In this document: piece by piece, positions 1 through 7,892 of the stretch
Numbering within the stretch: the stretch's first letter is position 1
How the letters are laid out: every line of letters begins with the position of its first letter
Sequence record: NC_019718.1
Source of the DNA: Enterobacteria phage vB_EcoS_Rogue1
Length of the DNA: 45,805 nt
Strand: one strand, 5' to 3'
Notes under the pieces: generated by a model
Databases searched by the model: none
What the model was told of the DNA's origin: nothing
Seen by the model: the letters and a program-made list of their open reading frames with translations, nothing else
Position numbers and translations under genes: made by a program

Positions 1-114
1 ATTTCATCGAGTGCAACAGGTTTATTGATTGTTGCCAGTTTGGCAATGATGGATGGATGGATTGAATGAAAGGAGGTTTGGATCAAATGGTTGGTTGGTT
101 TTATCGCTCGCGGA

Positions 115-275
115 GAGACTTCTTTTATATACGCGTAGTCCGCCGTCTACCGATTGTCGACCGTATCCACATTTACAATTTATACGCCTTTATACAATCC
201 ATATACATTAAAATATCATTATATATAAAGGACTTAGACTATTATTATTATTATATATAGTATTATGTATATATA
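115..275. repeat. AT-rich imperfect direct repeat, copy A (core 217-273 with (TTA)4 microsatellite); paralogue at 26513-26672
   Basis: By-eye alignment: about 85% identity over the ~55-bp core (TTATATA..AAGG..TTAGA..TATTATTATTATTATATAT..TATGTATA), weaker similarity extending ~100 bp upstream (ATATACGCGTA, CGATTGTCGAC/CGATGTA, TTTATACGCC). Confidence 0.6.
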
Positions 276-329
276 GCGTATCCTATGTACGCCGCTATCT
301 GTGATGGGTTGCTTAATTTTCTATTTTTA

Positions 330-346
330 TTCCTACATTGTAGGAA
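330..346. repeat. perfect 8-bp-arm palindrome TTCCTACA-T-TGTAGGAA, with a partial second copy CCTTGTAGGAA at 355-365
   Basis: Read directly from sequence; lies in the noncoding leader region 1-554. Confidence 0.5.
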
Positions 347-492
347 TTGGACTACCTTGTAGGAAAATATAGGGGTATAGGCAGGAATGCACTAATAATT
401 TGGATACGGCGGGTACGCCATGACTACACCCAGCAATGACGCGGCATGCAGAGGAGAGAATGTAATTATTTATCGAATACATAAAAAATACC

Positions 493-521
493 TTGATATA
501 CACGTATCTACTTGCTATAGT
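493..521 (+). promoter_or_regulatory. sigma70-like promoter (TTGATA, 17-bp spacer, TATAGT) followed by conserved leader CATCGAAACG
   Basis: -35 TTGATA at 493-498, 17-bp spacer, -10 TATAGT at 516-521; RBS GAGAGG upstream of the ATG at 555/561. Confidence 0.6.
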
Positions 522-554
522 CATTCCATCGAAACGCGATAAACAACGAGAGGA

Positions 555-1103
555 ATGAAAATGAGCAAATCAACACTTGGCGAAGTAATTCGATTCATGG
601 CTAAAAAAGCACTCCAGTCAGAGAGCAAGGAGTGCATGGTTCCAGTTCGGTCGATATTTAAAGAGGTTCGTGGAGAGGATTACCCAGAGGTTGACGTTAA
701 CGAGAAGGATGGATTAACGAAAACAATTAAAAGTAGATCAATGAATGAGTTAAAAAACTCATATATTTACAATACTGTTTCACGGATGAATGAGCTGAGA
801 GAGGCAAATGTTAGAGCTAGATATAAATTCATCTGGCTTGATGAAGACAAAGAGGAAACAACCCCAGCTGCGTATGACGGTGACGGCGCAGATAAATACC
901 TGGTAATCTATATCGAAAATGGCTCAGTCGAACCTAGGGCGAAGCAAAAGGAGAAAGCTAAGCAGGAGCAGGCCGCAATCGATAGGTTTAAGGCTCGCTT
1001 GCTTAAGTTATCACCTAACGTACTGGATTTTGAAGGCGATGAGCTGAACGGCGCAGTTAAAGCTATCCGTATGTATCAAGAGATGATCAAGGAGTTTAAC
1101 TAA
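555..1103 (+). CDS. hypothetical early protein (182 aa; start may be ATG 561)
   Basis: Long ORF following the promoter and GAGAGG RBS; no motif recognised. Confidence 0.6.
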   Translation: MKMSKSTLGEVIRFMAKKALQSESKECMVPVRSIFKEVRGEDYPEVDVNEKDGLTKTIKSRSMNELKNSYIYNTVSRMNELREANVRARYKFIWLDEDKEETTPAAYDGDGADKYLVIYIENGSVEPRAKQKEKAKQEQAAIDRFKARLLKLSPNVLDFEGDELNGAVKAIRMYQEMIKEFN

Positions 1104-1189
1104 TGTTTGATTTCAGCGAAGATAAATTGACTGATGAGCAGATTGAGAAGCTAAAGCGGAAGAAAAAATATCTCCTGACCGGTAAATAG
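1103..1189 (+). CDS. small ORF (28 aa) whose N-terminus MFDFSEDKLTDEQ resembles that of the 530-aa protein at 41856-43448
   Basis: ATG overlaps the upstream stop (TAATG); the stop TAG is the first triplet of the palindromic box. Confidence 0.25.
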   Translation: MFDFSEDKLTDEQIEKLKRKKKYLLTGK

Positions 1190-1229
1190 CACTAATTGCT
1201 AAACAATAAATTGGGTAGTCAGCTATGAT
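1187..1229 (+). promoter_or_regulatory. palindromic box TAGCA-CTAAT-TGCTA (1187-1201), 22-bp spacer, -10-like TATGAT (1224-1229)
   Basis: Member of the repeated box family; downstream leader CAACCAAACGAGAGG precedes the ATG at 1261. Confidence 0.5.
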
Positions 1230-1260
1230 TGCCTTATCAACCAAACGAGAGGAATTAAAT

Positions 1261-1500
1261 ATGATTACCATCAACCTGTCAGAAGAGCACGCTGCCGAAA
1301 TTAAAACCGTGTTAATGCACTGCCTCAATCGCAAGTTGTTTAGTGCGTCAGAGTCGCTTACAGAGGTCGTGACCCAGATTCGCAATCAAGAGTTCGACGA
1401 TAAAGACGATCTTCCGTGGGATACAGATACCGCATGGAGCCGATACGAGCAGGTTTGCACGGCGCTATCAGGTTGCCAACTGGCTAGCCAATACAAGTGA
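1261..1500 (+). CDS. hypothetical protein (79 aa)
   Basis: Start refined to the ATG preceded by GAGAGG RBS; the ORF track start at 1225 lies inside the -10 element. Confidence 0.5.
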   Translation: MITINLSEEHAAEIKTVLMHCLNRKLFSASESLTEVVTQIRNQEFDDKDDLPWDTDTAWSRYEQVCTALSGCQLASQYK

Positions 1501-1726
1501 CAATCTACGAACACAAATTCAGCAGCAGGGGTATCGATATGCTCCTGCATTACGTAGACGAACAATACGCCATGTTGATGCAGAAGACGCATGGCGGCAC
1601 TATAACGAGGGTTGAAATATGTACTACTATATGATTCCTGTTGAAGATTTGATTCTTGATTACAATCACGGCTACATTGCTGTATGCGACGCTGATACAA
1701 TGACTGCATATGTTGACTTTGAATTT

Positions 1727-1754
1727 GAGGATTGAGATATGAGGATTGAGATAT
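1727..1754 (+). repeat. exact 14-bp tandem duplication GAGGATTGAGATAT x2, duplicating the RBS and start region
   Basis: 1727-1740 and 1741-1754 are identical; the second copy supplies the ATG at 1753. Confidence 0.7.
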
Positions 1755-2052
1755 GAGTAAGTACGAAAAAGAGATTATTGGCCTGGACGGCACCAAGACT
1801 ACGGTTGATGTATATCGCGTCATCGCAGCATTTGGCGTAACGGACCCGGCACTACAGCATGCCATCAAAAAGGTACTGTGCAGCGGCATTCGAACACGAC
1901 ATAAGGATTACCCTACCGACATCAATGAGGCCATTGTATCGCTTCAGAAGGCCATAGAATTCCATGATCAAAGGGGCGCACATGTCCAGGAACTTATAGA
2001 CAAGTATCGCAACGGACCTAAACATTATCTTGATAGCTGGAGCAACAAATAG
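1753..2052 (+). CDS. hypothetical protein (99 aa)
   Basis: ORF with GAGG RBS supplied by the tandem duplication; stop overlaps the next palindromic box. Confidence 0.55.
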   Translation: MSKYEKEIIGLDGTKTTVDVYRVIAAFGVTDPALQHAIKKVLCSGIRTRHKDYPTDINEAIVSLQKAIEFHDQRGAHVQELIDKYRNGPKHYLDSWSNK

Positions 2053-2092
2053 CACAAATTGCTAAACATCCATCGCAAGGATGCGTTACCAT
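2050..2092 (+). promoter_or_regulatory. palindromic box TAGCA-CAAAT-TGCTA (2050-2064) plus -10-like TACCAT
   Basis: Box begins on the stop codon of the upstream gene; leader TTTATCGAAATGAGACGAGG precedes the ATG at 2125. Confidence 0.45.
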
Positions 2093-2124
2093 TACTTTAT
2101 CGAAATGAGACGAGGAAAGATTAA

Positions 2125-2253
2125 ATGTGTGGATATGATGAGTTGCCAAGTGAATGGTGTAAAAAGATGATGGATAAGGCTAAAGATGGGGATGAAGTAA
2201 TGGCGTACTTTGAGTTGATGAACATGTGGCATGAGCGCGAGGAGAAGAAATGA
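2125..2253 (+). CDS. small Cys-containing hypothetical protein (42 aa)
   Basis: ATG after GAGG RBS; stop overlaps the next start (ATGA). Confidence 0.35.
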   Translation: MCGYDELPSEWCKKMMDKAKDGDEVMAYFELMNMWHEREEKK

Positions 2254-2543
2254 AGATTAACGTATTCACTGGCAACTTATTGGCAGCCAACGATTCTGAA
2301 GGTGGTGACGGCAAGCGAGCAATTCACATGGGGAGTAAGAAACAAAAAATGAGGCGCATATCTATTGATGAAGCAATTAAAATTGGTAGCTTCGTTTGCT
2401 TGTGGGTATGTGATGGTGAGCTTCAAGCGGAACAGGTTAGGAATGGTTACGTATATACTGGATATGATGAATATGACGATGAGAGAGAATTGTTTCAGCC
2501 TGCATTTTATCTCGACGCTGAATTTTACATCGCTGGAGAATAA
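2250..2543 (+). CDS. hypothetical protein (97 aa)
   Basis: ORF coupled to the upstream gene by ATGA overlap. Confidence 0.5.
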   Translation: MKINVFTGNLLAANDSEGGDGKRAIHMGSKKQKMRRISIDEAIKIGSFVCLWVCDGELQAEQVRNGYVYTGYDEYDDERELFQPAFYLDAEFYIAGE

Positions 2544-2546
2544 CCC

Positions 2547-2924
2547 ATGATATGGATTCACACGTACTACACTGGCAAGTTCAATAGCGTAATGCACAAA
2601 CGAATGTATGACAGCTATGAATCAGCAAAGGCACAGCAGGCAGTCCTAGGTGGCGATATTTCAATCTTACAAGAAGGCTTAATCATGTTCGGACTTACTC
2701 AACCACAATTTAATGCAGTTCGCGCCCAAGCTAAGAAACTTAACGAGGCAGTGGATAAGCTGACAAGCAAGCAGAAGCAGGATAATGACATCATGAAGGC
2801 GATTATCTGTGAGTTTCATAGCCCAGTCAGTACAATCATCGAGAAGATGAAGTTTGTTTGGGTTGCAGGCTATCTTGCTGGTCGCGTAGGTAAGCGTGAA
2901 GATGGGGAGCAGATTTATGACTAA
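2547..2924 (+). CDS. hypothetical protein (125 aa)
   Basis: ORF in the same early cluster; start uncertain. Confidence 0.45.
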   Translation: MIWIHTYYTGKFNSVMHKRMYDSYESAKAQQAVLGGDISILQEGLIMFGLTQPQFNAVRAQAKKLNEAVDKLTSKQKQDNDIMKAIICEFHSPVSTIIEKMKFVWVAGYLAGRVGKREDGEQIYD

Positions 2925-3111
2925 ATCACTAGGGAAAGTCAGATGTATTGTGTCTTACAATGATAAGAAGTTCAAAACTGGTAAATCTTACAGCATTTTG
3001 TCATCACCCGCATATGGTTGGGTTAAATGTGAGTCAGAAGATGGGTGTATAGAGATGGTTAAAGATGGCAATGACATTGAGTTTGGTTACTTTGAGGTAT
3101 TTTATGACTGA
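2917..3111 (+). CDS. hypothetical protein (64 aa)
   Basis: Start refined to an ATG overlapping the upstream stop (ATGA). Confidence 0.4.
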   Translation: MTKSLGKVRCIVSYNDKKFKTGKSYSILSSPAYGWVKCESEDGCIEMVKDGNDIEFGYFEVFYD

Positions 3112-3308
3112 GCTATCAATCTGGTTCCTGGCTGGCATGTTGACGTGGATTTATTTCGTCGTCATGGCTTGACGAAAATGTTAAAAGTGGTTAGTATTAA
3201 CCACGTAGACGGCAATGACCGTAACGCGCATCGCGGAGATGCAAGCCGATAGCCGGGCTGGATAAAGATACGAGGCAAATACCACTACACCAGCGCAAAT
3301 GGTGTATG

Positions 3309-3348
3309 CCGGACCTTTCCGAGGATTGGCCGGACCTTCCGAGGATTG
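3309..3348. repeat. tandem direct repeat CCGGACCTT(T)CCGAGGATTG x2
   Basis: Copies at 3309-3328 (20 nt) and 3330-3348 (19 nt) differ by one T; about 40 bp upstream of the tRNA. Confidence 0.7.
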
Positions 3349-3386
3349 TGAAACCTCCCCGCATTCGGTAAGCGGGACTCATTCTA

Positions 3387-3462
3387 GTTCTGCTGGCGTA
3401 ACAGGATAACGCAGAGACCTCCTAAGTCTCAGTTGCTGGTTCGAGTCCAGTGCGGAACACCA
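3387..3462 (+). tRNA. tRNA-Arg, anticodon CCU (reads AGG)
   Basis: Hand-folded cloverleaf: acceptor GTTCTGC/GCGGAAC (one G-U pair), D-stem GCGT/ACGC, anticodon stem GAGAC/GTCTC, loop CTCCTAA with U33 and A37, 4-nt variable loop, T-stem GCTGG/CCAGT, T-loop TTCGAGT, discriminator A, encoded CCA; 76 nt. Confidence 0.85.
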
Positions 3463-3478
3463 AACATGGAGCATCCTA

Positions 3479-3664
3479 GTGAATAACTACGAAGTCCGTT
3501 TAACTTCCCGCCTAATGGGTCGGCAATGCAAATCTTGCCAGCAATCCTACGAAGGTAGGTTCATTGCTAAAAGCCCTGAAGAAGCAGTTGCAGCCGCAAA
3601 GGCAGCATTTAAGATTGACCTGACAGTCCACAAAGTCAGCGTTGATAAAGTATCCCTCGTTTGA
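3479..3664 (+). CDS. hypothetical small protein (61 aa, GTG start)
   Basis: ORF with GGAG RBS, followed by a rho-independent terminator; weak. Confidence 0.3.
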   Translation: MNNYEVRLTSRLMGRQCKSCQQSYEGRFIAKSPEEAVAAAKAAFKIDLTVHKVSVDKVSLV

Positions 3665-3692
3665 GATTGGTCATCTCGCAATGCAGTACTTT

Positions 3693-3716
3693 GCCCTCCT
3701 TGTGAGGGCTTTTTTT
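3693..3716 (+). terminator. rho-independent terminator
   Basis: GCCCTC-CTTGT-GAGGGC hairpin followed by TTTTTTT. Confidence 0.7.
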
Positions 3717-3763
3717 CGTCCATAGTCATGGTACAATGACTTTTAAAACAGGAGGAATATCAA

Positions 3764-4279
3764 ATGTCAGAAGAGAAAAAAATTCACCAGAAGATTGGTA
3801 ACTTCAAGGAGCTTTACAATAAGAAGTATGGCGACATTGCCAATCTTAAGATTAACCACAGATACACTCCCGAGCAGGTATTCGACATGGCTGTAAGGTA
3901 TTTCAGCTGGGCTGAAGAGCAGGCAATTAAAGCTATCGAGACAGCAAGCTTTCAGGGTGTCGTAACGGAAAACCTTGTTCACAAGCCGAGGGTATTTACG
4001 ATAACTGGATTCCAGCTTTTCTGCGGCGTTGGTCATAATGCTATTAGCAAATGGCGCTCATCACCAGGATTCGATGAAGTTATGGAGTTCGTCGACTCAG
4101 TTATCTTTGAACAGAAGTACCAGTTGGGTGTTAACAACATCGTCAACCCTGGACTTATTGGCAAAGACCTTGGTATTGATAAGCCGCAAGAGGTTAACAT
4201 CAATAACGCTTCAAATGCCGTAGTAAACGATGAGGAAGCAATGAAGGCTGCTCTGGCTTCTGTAATGGATAAACTATGA
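3764..4279 (+). CDS. putative terminase small subunit
   Basis: 171-aa ORF with strong AGGAGG RBS directly upstream of, and overlapping (ATGA), the large terminase gene; assignment by position only. Confidence 0.45.
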   Translation: MSEEKKIHQKIGNFKELYNKKYGDIANLKINHRYTPEQVFDMAVRYFSWAEEQAIKAIETASFQGVVTENLVHKPRVFTITGFQLFCGVGHNAISKWRSSPGFDEVMEFVDSVIFEQKYQLGVNNIVNPGLIGKDLGIDKPQEVNINNASNAVVNDEEAMKAALASVMDKL

Positions 4280-5844
4280 AGACATTAGTTTGGGAAGAAA
4301 TGACGCCAGCCGAAAAGCTGGCAGTTAAAGCGCTGTCCACTCACAGCTTCGAGGCATTCCTTCGCGTGTGGTTTCAGCTAAGCCAGGGAGAGCGATACAT
4401 CCCTAACTGGCATCACAAGTACCTTTGCCGAATAATTGACGAGGTTATTAGTGGCGAGCGTAGGGATACCATCATTAACGTGGCTCCTGGGGCCGGGAAG
4501 ACCGAGATTACTTCAATACACTTCCCTGTATACTCAATGCTTAAGCTAAAGAAGGTGCGAAATCTGAGCCTCTCATTCTCTGACAGTCTGGTGAAGCGCA
4601 ACTCTAAGCGTGTTCGCGACCTTATAAAGTCAGCTGAGTTTCAGGAACTATGGCCCTGTAAGTTCGGCACGTGCAAGGATGACGAGATTCAGGTTCTTGA
4701 CGAGAGTGGAAAGGTTAGGTTCGAAGCGATATCTAAGGCAATTGGCGGTCAGATTACCGGCGCTCGTGGCGGTTATATTACTGAAACCTATAGCGGTTGC
4801 TTGATGCTTGATGACCCAGACAAGCCAGACGATATGCTCAGCAAGGTAAGGCGAGAAGCTGTCCACGTTTTACTTAAAAATACCATTCGCTCACGTAGGG
4901 CGAGTAGCGTTAAAGGTAAAGCTACGCCAATTCTGTCAATTCAGCAAAGGCTTCATACTCAGGATTCAACGTGGTTCATGACTTCTGGTGGTATGGGTAT
5001 CGACTTTGATGTGGTTAAAATACCAGCACTGGTCACTGAAGAATATGTGAATGAACTCCCTGACTGGATTCGTGAGCAGTTCGAGAAGGACGTGCTTTCA
5101 TCCGAGTACGTCGAGCGAGATGGTGTTAAGTATTACAGCTACTTCCCGCAGAAGGAATCTGTGCATGACTTGATGGCAATGTGGGACTCAGATCCGTACA
5201 CGTTCCTAAGCCAGTACCAACAATCTCCAGTAGCCTTAGGTGGAAACCTGATTAACGTAGATTGGTTCGTGAGGCTTGACGAGAACAACAGGCCGCCAGT
5301 CAAGTATGACTACCGCTTCATTACAGCTGATACTGCCATGACTACGAAGAGTTACAGCGATTATTCTGTGTTCCAGCTTTGGGGTAGAAAGGATAACAAG
5401 ATTTATCTTCTGGATATGGTTAGGGGTAAATGGGAGGCTCCAGAGCTTGAGCAAAACATTCTGGAATTTGAGAGTAAGCACCGAGCAACTAGTAAAACAG
5501 ATGGTATCTTACGTAAGGTTATTATCGAGAAGAAAGCATCTGGCATAGGGCTTATCCAGTCAGCAGGTCGAACGATGCGGACTCCTATCGAGCCTTTCGT
5601 TCCCGATACAGATAAGTTAACCAGGGTGATGAGCGCATTACCACAGATTAAGGCTGGTAACGTAGTTCTGCCAGACTCAGCGCCATGGCTTACATCTCTG
5701 CTAACTGAGTTCTCGGCGTTTACTGCGGACGATTCACACCCCCATGATGACATTGTAGATACAACAACGATGGCAATAAACTGTGAATTGAACTTGAGTG
5801 ACGACCCAAGAGCTAGGTTAATGCGACTAGCTGGAGTTAAGTAA
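4276..5844 (+). CDS. terminase large subunit
   Basis: 522 aa with an N-terminal ATPase-like region (VAPGAGKTE, acidic LMLDDPD) and an acidic C-terminal nuclease-like region; sits immediately before the portal gene. Confidence 0.8.
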   Translation: MKTLVWEEMTPAEKLAVKALSTHSFEAFLRVWFQLSQGERYIPNWHHKYLCRIIDEVISGERRDTIINVAPGAGKTEITSIHFPVYSMLKLKKVRNLSLSFSDSLVKRNSKRVRDLIKSAEFQELWPCKFGTCKDDEIQVLDESGKVRFEAISKAIGGQITGARGGYITETYSGCLMLDDPDKPDDMLSKVRREAVHVLLKNTIRSRRASSVKGKATPILSIQQRLHTQDSTWFMTSGGMGIDFDVVKIPALVTEEYVNELPDWIREQFEKDVLSSEYVERDGVKYYSYFPQKESVHDLMAMWDSDPYTFLSQYQQSPVALGGNLINVDWFVRLDENNRPPVKYDYRFITADTAMTTKSYSDYSVFQLWGRKDNKIYLLDMVRGKWEAPELEQNILEFESKHRATSKTDGILRKVIIEKKASGIGLIQSAGRTMRTPIEPFVPDTDKLTRVMSALPQIKAGNVVLPDSAPWLTSLLTEFSAFTADDSHPHDDIVDTTTMAINCELNLSDDPRARLMRLAGVK

Positions 5845-5856
5845 TCATGATAAACT

Positions 5857-5879
5857 GCCCCTTACTCAGGGGCTTTTTT
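5857..5879 (+). terminator. rho-independent terminator
   Basis: GCCCCT hairpin with AGGGGC, followed by TTTTTT. Confidence 0.65.
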
Positions 5880-5893
5880 ATTGGAGAAATTAC

Positions 5894-7168
5894 ATGGTAA
5901 AAGCAGACAGCTACGCAAACATCTTTCTTAGCGGTAGTGATGGTAGTGAGGTTTACGGAAAGTTTGGCAGCCTTGGCCTAACAGATCCAGCGCAGCTTGA
6001 GCAACTTTACGTCAGCAGCGCTCTAGTTCGTCGAATTATTGATATCGTTCCAGAGGTCGCACTTGGCGCAGGCTTTAGCATTGAAGGTATCGACGACGAA
6101 GGTGCTTTCTGGTCGCGATGGGATGATTTAGGCCTTTCAGATAACGTAATCGACGCACTAGCCTGGGCGAGACTATACGGTGGCGCTGCTGTAGTGGCAA
6201 TTGTGAAGGATGGAAGGGCGCTAACCAGCCCAGCTCGTGAAGGTGCGGAGCTTGAAACGGTTCGTGTGTACGACCGGCAGCAAATTAAGGTCCAGACTCG
6301 CGAGGAGAATCCACGTAACGCGCGTTTTGGTAAGCCATTAACTTACCGCATCACACCAAACGGGTCGGCAACGTTCTACGATGTGCACTATACACGCTGT
6401 CACATCATTGATGGCGAGCGAGTACCTAACAACCTACGTCGTAATAACGATGGCTGGGGCGCAAGCGTACTAACTGGTGACTTAATTGACGCGATTGACG
6501 ACTATCAGAACTGTGAGCGACTGGCTACTCAGTTACTTCGTCGTAAACAGCAGGCGGTGTGGAAAGCAAAAGGCCTTGCTGACTTATGTGATGATTCAGA
6601 TGGATTTGGAGCAGCTCGTTTACGTCTGGCTCAGGTGGATAATAACAGTGGCGTTGGTCAGGCTATCGGGATTGACGCGGATAGTGAAGAGTACAACGTT
6701 CTCAACTCAGATATTGGCGGTATTGATACATTTCTGAGTCAGAAGTTCGATCGAATCGTTGCTCTGAGCGGTATTCATGAGATTATCCTTAAGGGTAAGA
6801 ATGTTGGTGGTGTGTCAGCAAGCCAGAACACTGCTCTAGAGACTTTCTACGGTTATGTTGACCGTAAGCGCAAGGCTGAATTATTGCCTCTGCTTGAGTT
6901 CCTGCTGCCGTTCATCGTAACCGAGCAGGAGTGGTCAGTAGAATTTAACCCTCTATCGCAGGTTAGTGACAAGGATAAATCTGAGATTCTTGAGAAGAAT
7001 GTTAACTCAGTTGCTGCATTGATTGCAGCTGGAATCATTGACGCAGACGAAGCAAGAGATACGTTGCGCGCAATTTCAACTGAGGTTAAGATTGGTGAAG
7101 GCTCAATTCAAACGGAGGTTGTAATTAATGAATCAGAAGACCCGCTGGATGTATCCGCAAATAATTGA
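5894..7168 (+). CDS. portal protein
   Basis: 424 aa; GGAG RBS; position between the terminase and head-morphogenesis genes. Confidence 0.7.
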   Translation: MVKADSYANIFLSGSDGSEVYGKFGSLGLTDPAQLEQLYVSSALVRRIIDIVPEVALGAGFSIEGIDDEGAFWSRWDDLGLSDNVIDALAWARLYGGAAVVAIVKDGRALTSPAREGAELETVRVYDRQQIKVQTREENPRNARFGKPLTYRITPNGSATFYDVHYTRCHIIDGERVPNNLRRNNDGWGASVLTGDLIDAIDDYQNCERLATQLLRRKQQAVWKAKGLADLCDDSDGFGAARLRLAQVDNNSGVGQAIGIDADSEEYNVLNSDIGGIDTFLSQKFDRIVALSGIHEIILKGKNVGGVSASQNTALETFYGYVDRKRKAELLPLLEFLLPFIVTEQEWSVEFNPLSQVSDKDKSEILEKNVNSVAALIAAGIIDADEARDTLRAISTEVKIGEGSIQTEVVINESEDPLDVSANN

Positions 7169-7892
7169 GAGCCAGATTAATCGCAGCCTTTTGGTTGCGG
7201 TATCTGAACTTATTGAGCAAATGAAGTTATCTGCAAAGAGGCTAAAAATTGACACAGCGCAGGAGATTGAAGAGGAAGATTCAGACCTTTCAGATGTAAT
7301 CTCAGCGCTGCTATCTGGTTTTGTTTCCACTCTGCCTGCGCTGGCACTAGCAATATATCGTTATAACTCGGCGCAATTCCTTAAGGTGGCCAACAACTCC
7401 GGAGGTAAGAATAATCCTGTAGTTCTTGCGCTAGGATTGTATGGTATTAACGCGGATGAACCATGGTGGCTCGACACCAGGAACTCCTGGATTGTTGGCA
7501 CGCAGTTAAGTGCATCAAAGCTGCTAAACAACATCAAGGATGATTTCATAAACAACGCCATTACTGCGCAGGCTGGTAACACTGTTGACCTTGATGATAG
7601 ATACCGAATCTACAGAAAGAGAACAGCAAATATCGCTGCTGGAATTACAGGGTCTCTAAACTCAAACCTTATGCGGAGAAGGCTTGAAGATGCCGGTGTA
7701 TCTCAGTATGTTTGGCGTGGTAGACTTGACGACAAAGAGCGACCATCTCACGTTTTGCGTGAGGGGGTTAGCTTTAAATCAGATGGTTCAGACGCTGGAA
7801 AACTTGACGGCCTTGCGATATTCCCCGGTCAGCAATACGGGTGTCGTTGCTGGGCTGTTCCTAAATGGGAGAATTTAATTAATGAAGAGTAA
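7128..7892 (+). CDS. head morphogenesis protein (Mu F / SPP1 gp7-like minor head protein)
   Basis: Position after portal; C-terminal GQQYGCRCW motif resembles the conserved motif of F-like head proteins (from memory). Confidence 0.6.
   Translation: MNQKTRWMYPQIIESQINRSLLVAVSELIEQMKLSAKRLKIDTAQEIEEEDSDLSDVISALLSGFVSTLPALALAIYRYNSAQFLKVANNSGGKNNPVVLALGLYGINADEPWWLDTRNSWIVGTQLSASKLLNNIKDDFINNAITAQAGNTVDLDDRYRIYRKRTANIAAGITGSLNSNLMRRRLEDAGVSQYVWRGRLDDKERPSHVLREGVSFKSDGSDAGKLDGLAIFPGQQYGCRCWAVPKWENLINEE

Noticed and set aside
66-260. 64-aa plus-strand ORF ending in YYYYYI
   Set aside because: Its C-terminus is translation of the (TAT/TTA)n microsatellite in the AT-rich noncoding repeat; no RBS; lies in a region with regulatory repeats.
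1386-1889. 167-aa minus-strand ORF
   Set aside because: Overlaps two plus-strand genes that have promoters, RBSs and the conserved leader; no minus-strand promoter or RBS; composition consistent with antisense artefact.
3197-3382. 61-aa minus-strand ORF next to the tRNA
   Set aside because: Spans the 20-bp tandem repeat and ends at the tRNA; Arg/Gly-rich translation typical of noncoding GC-rich DNA.
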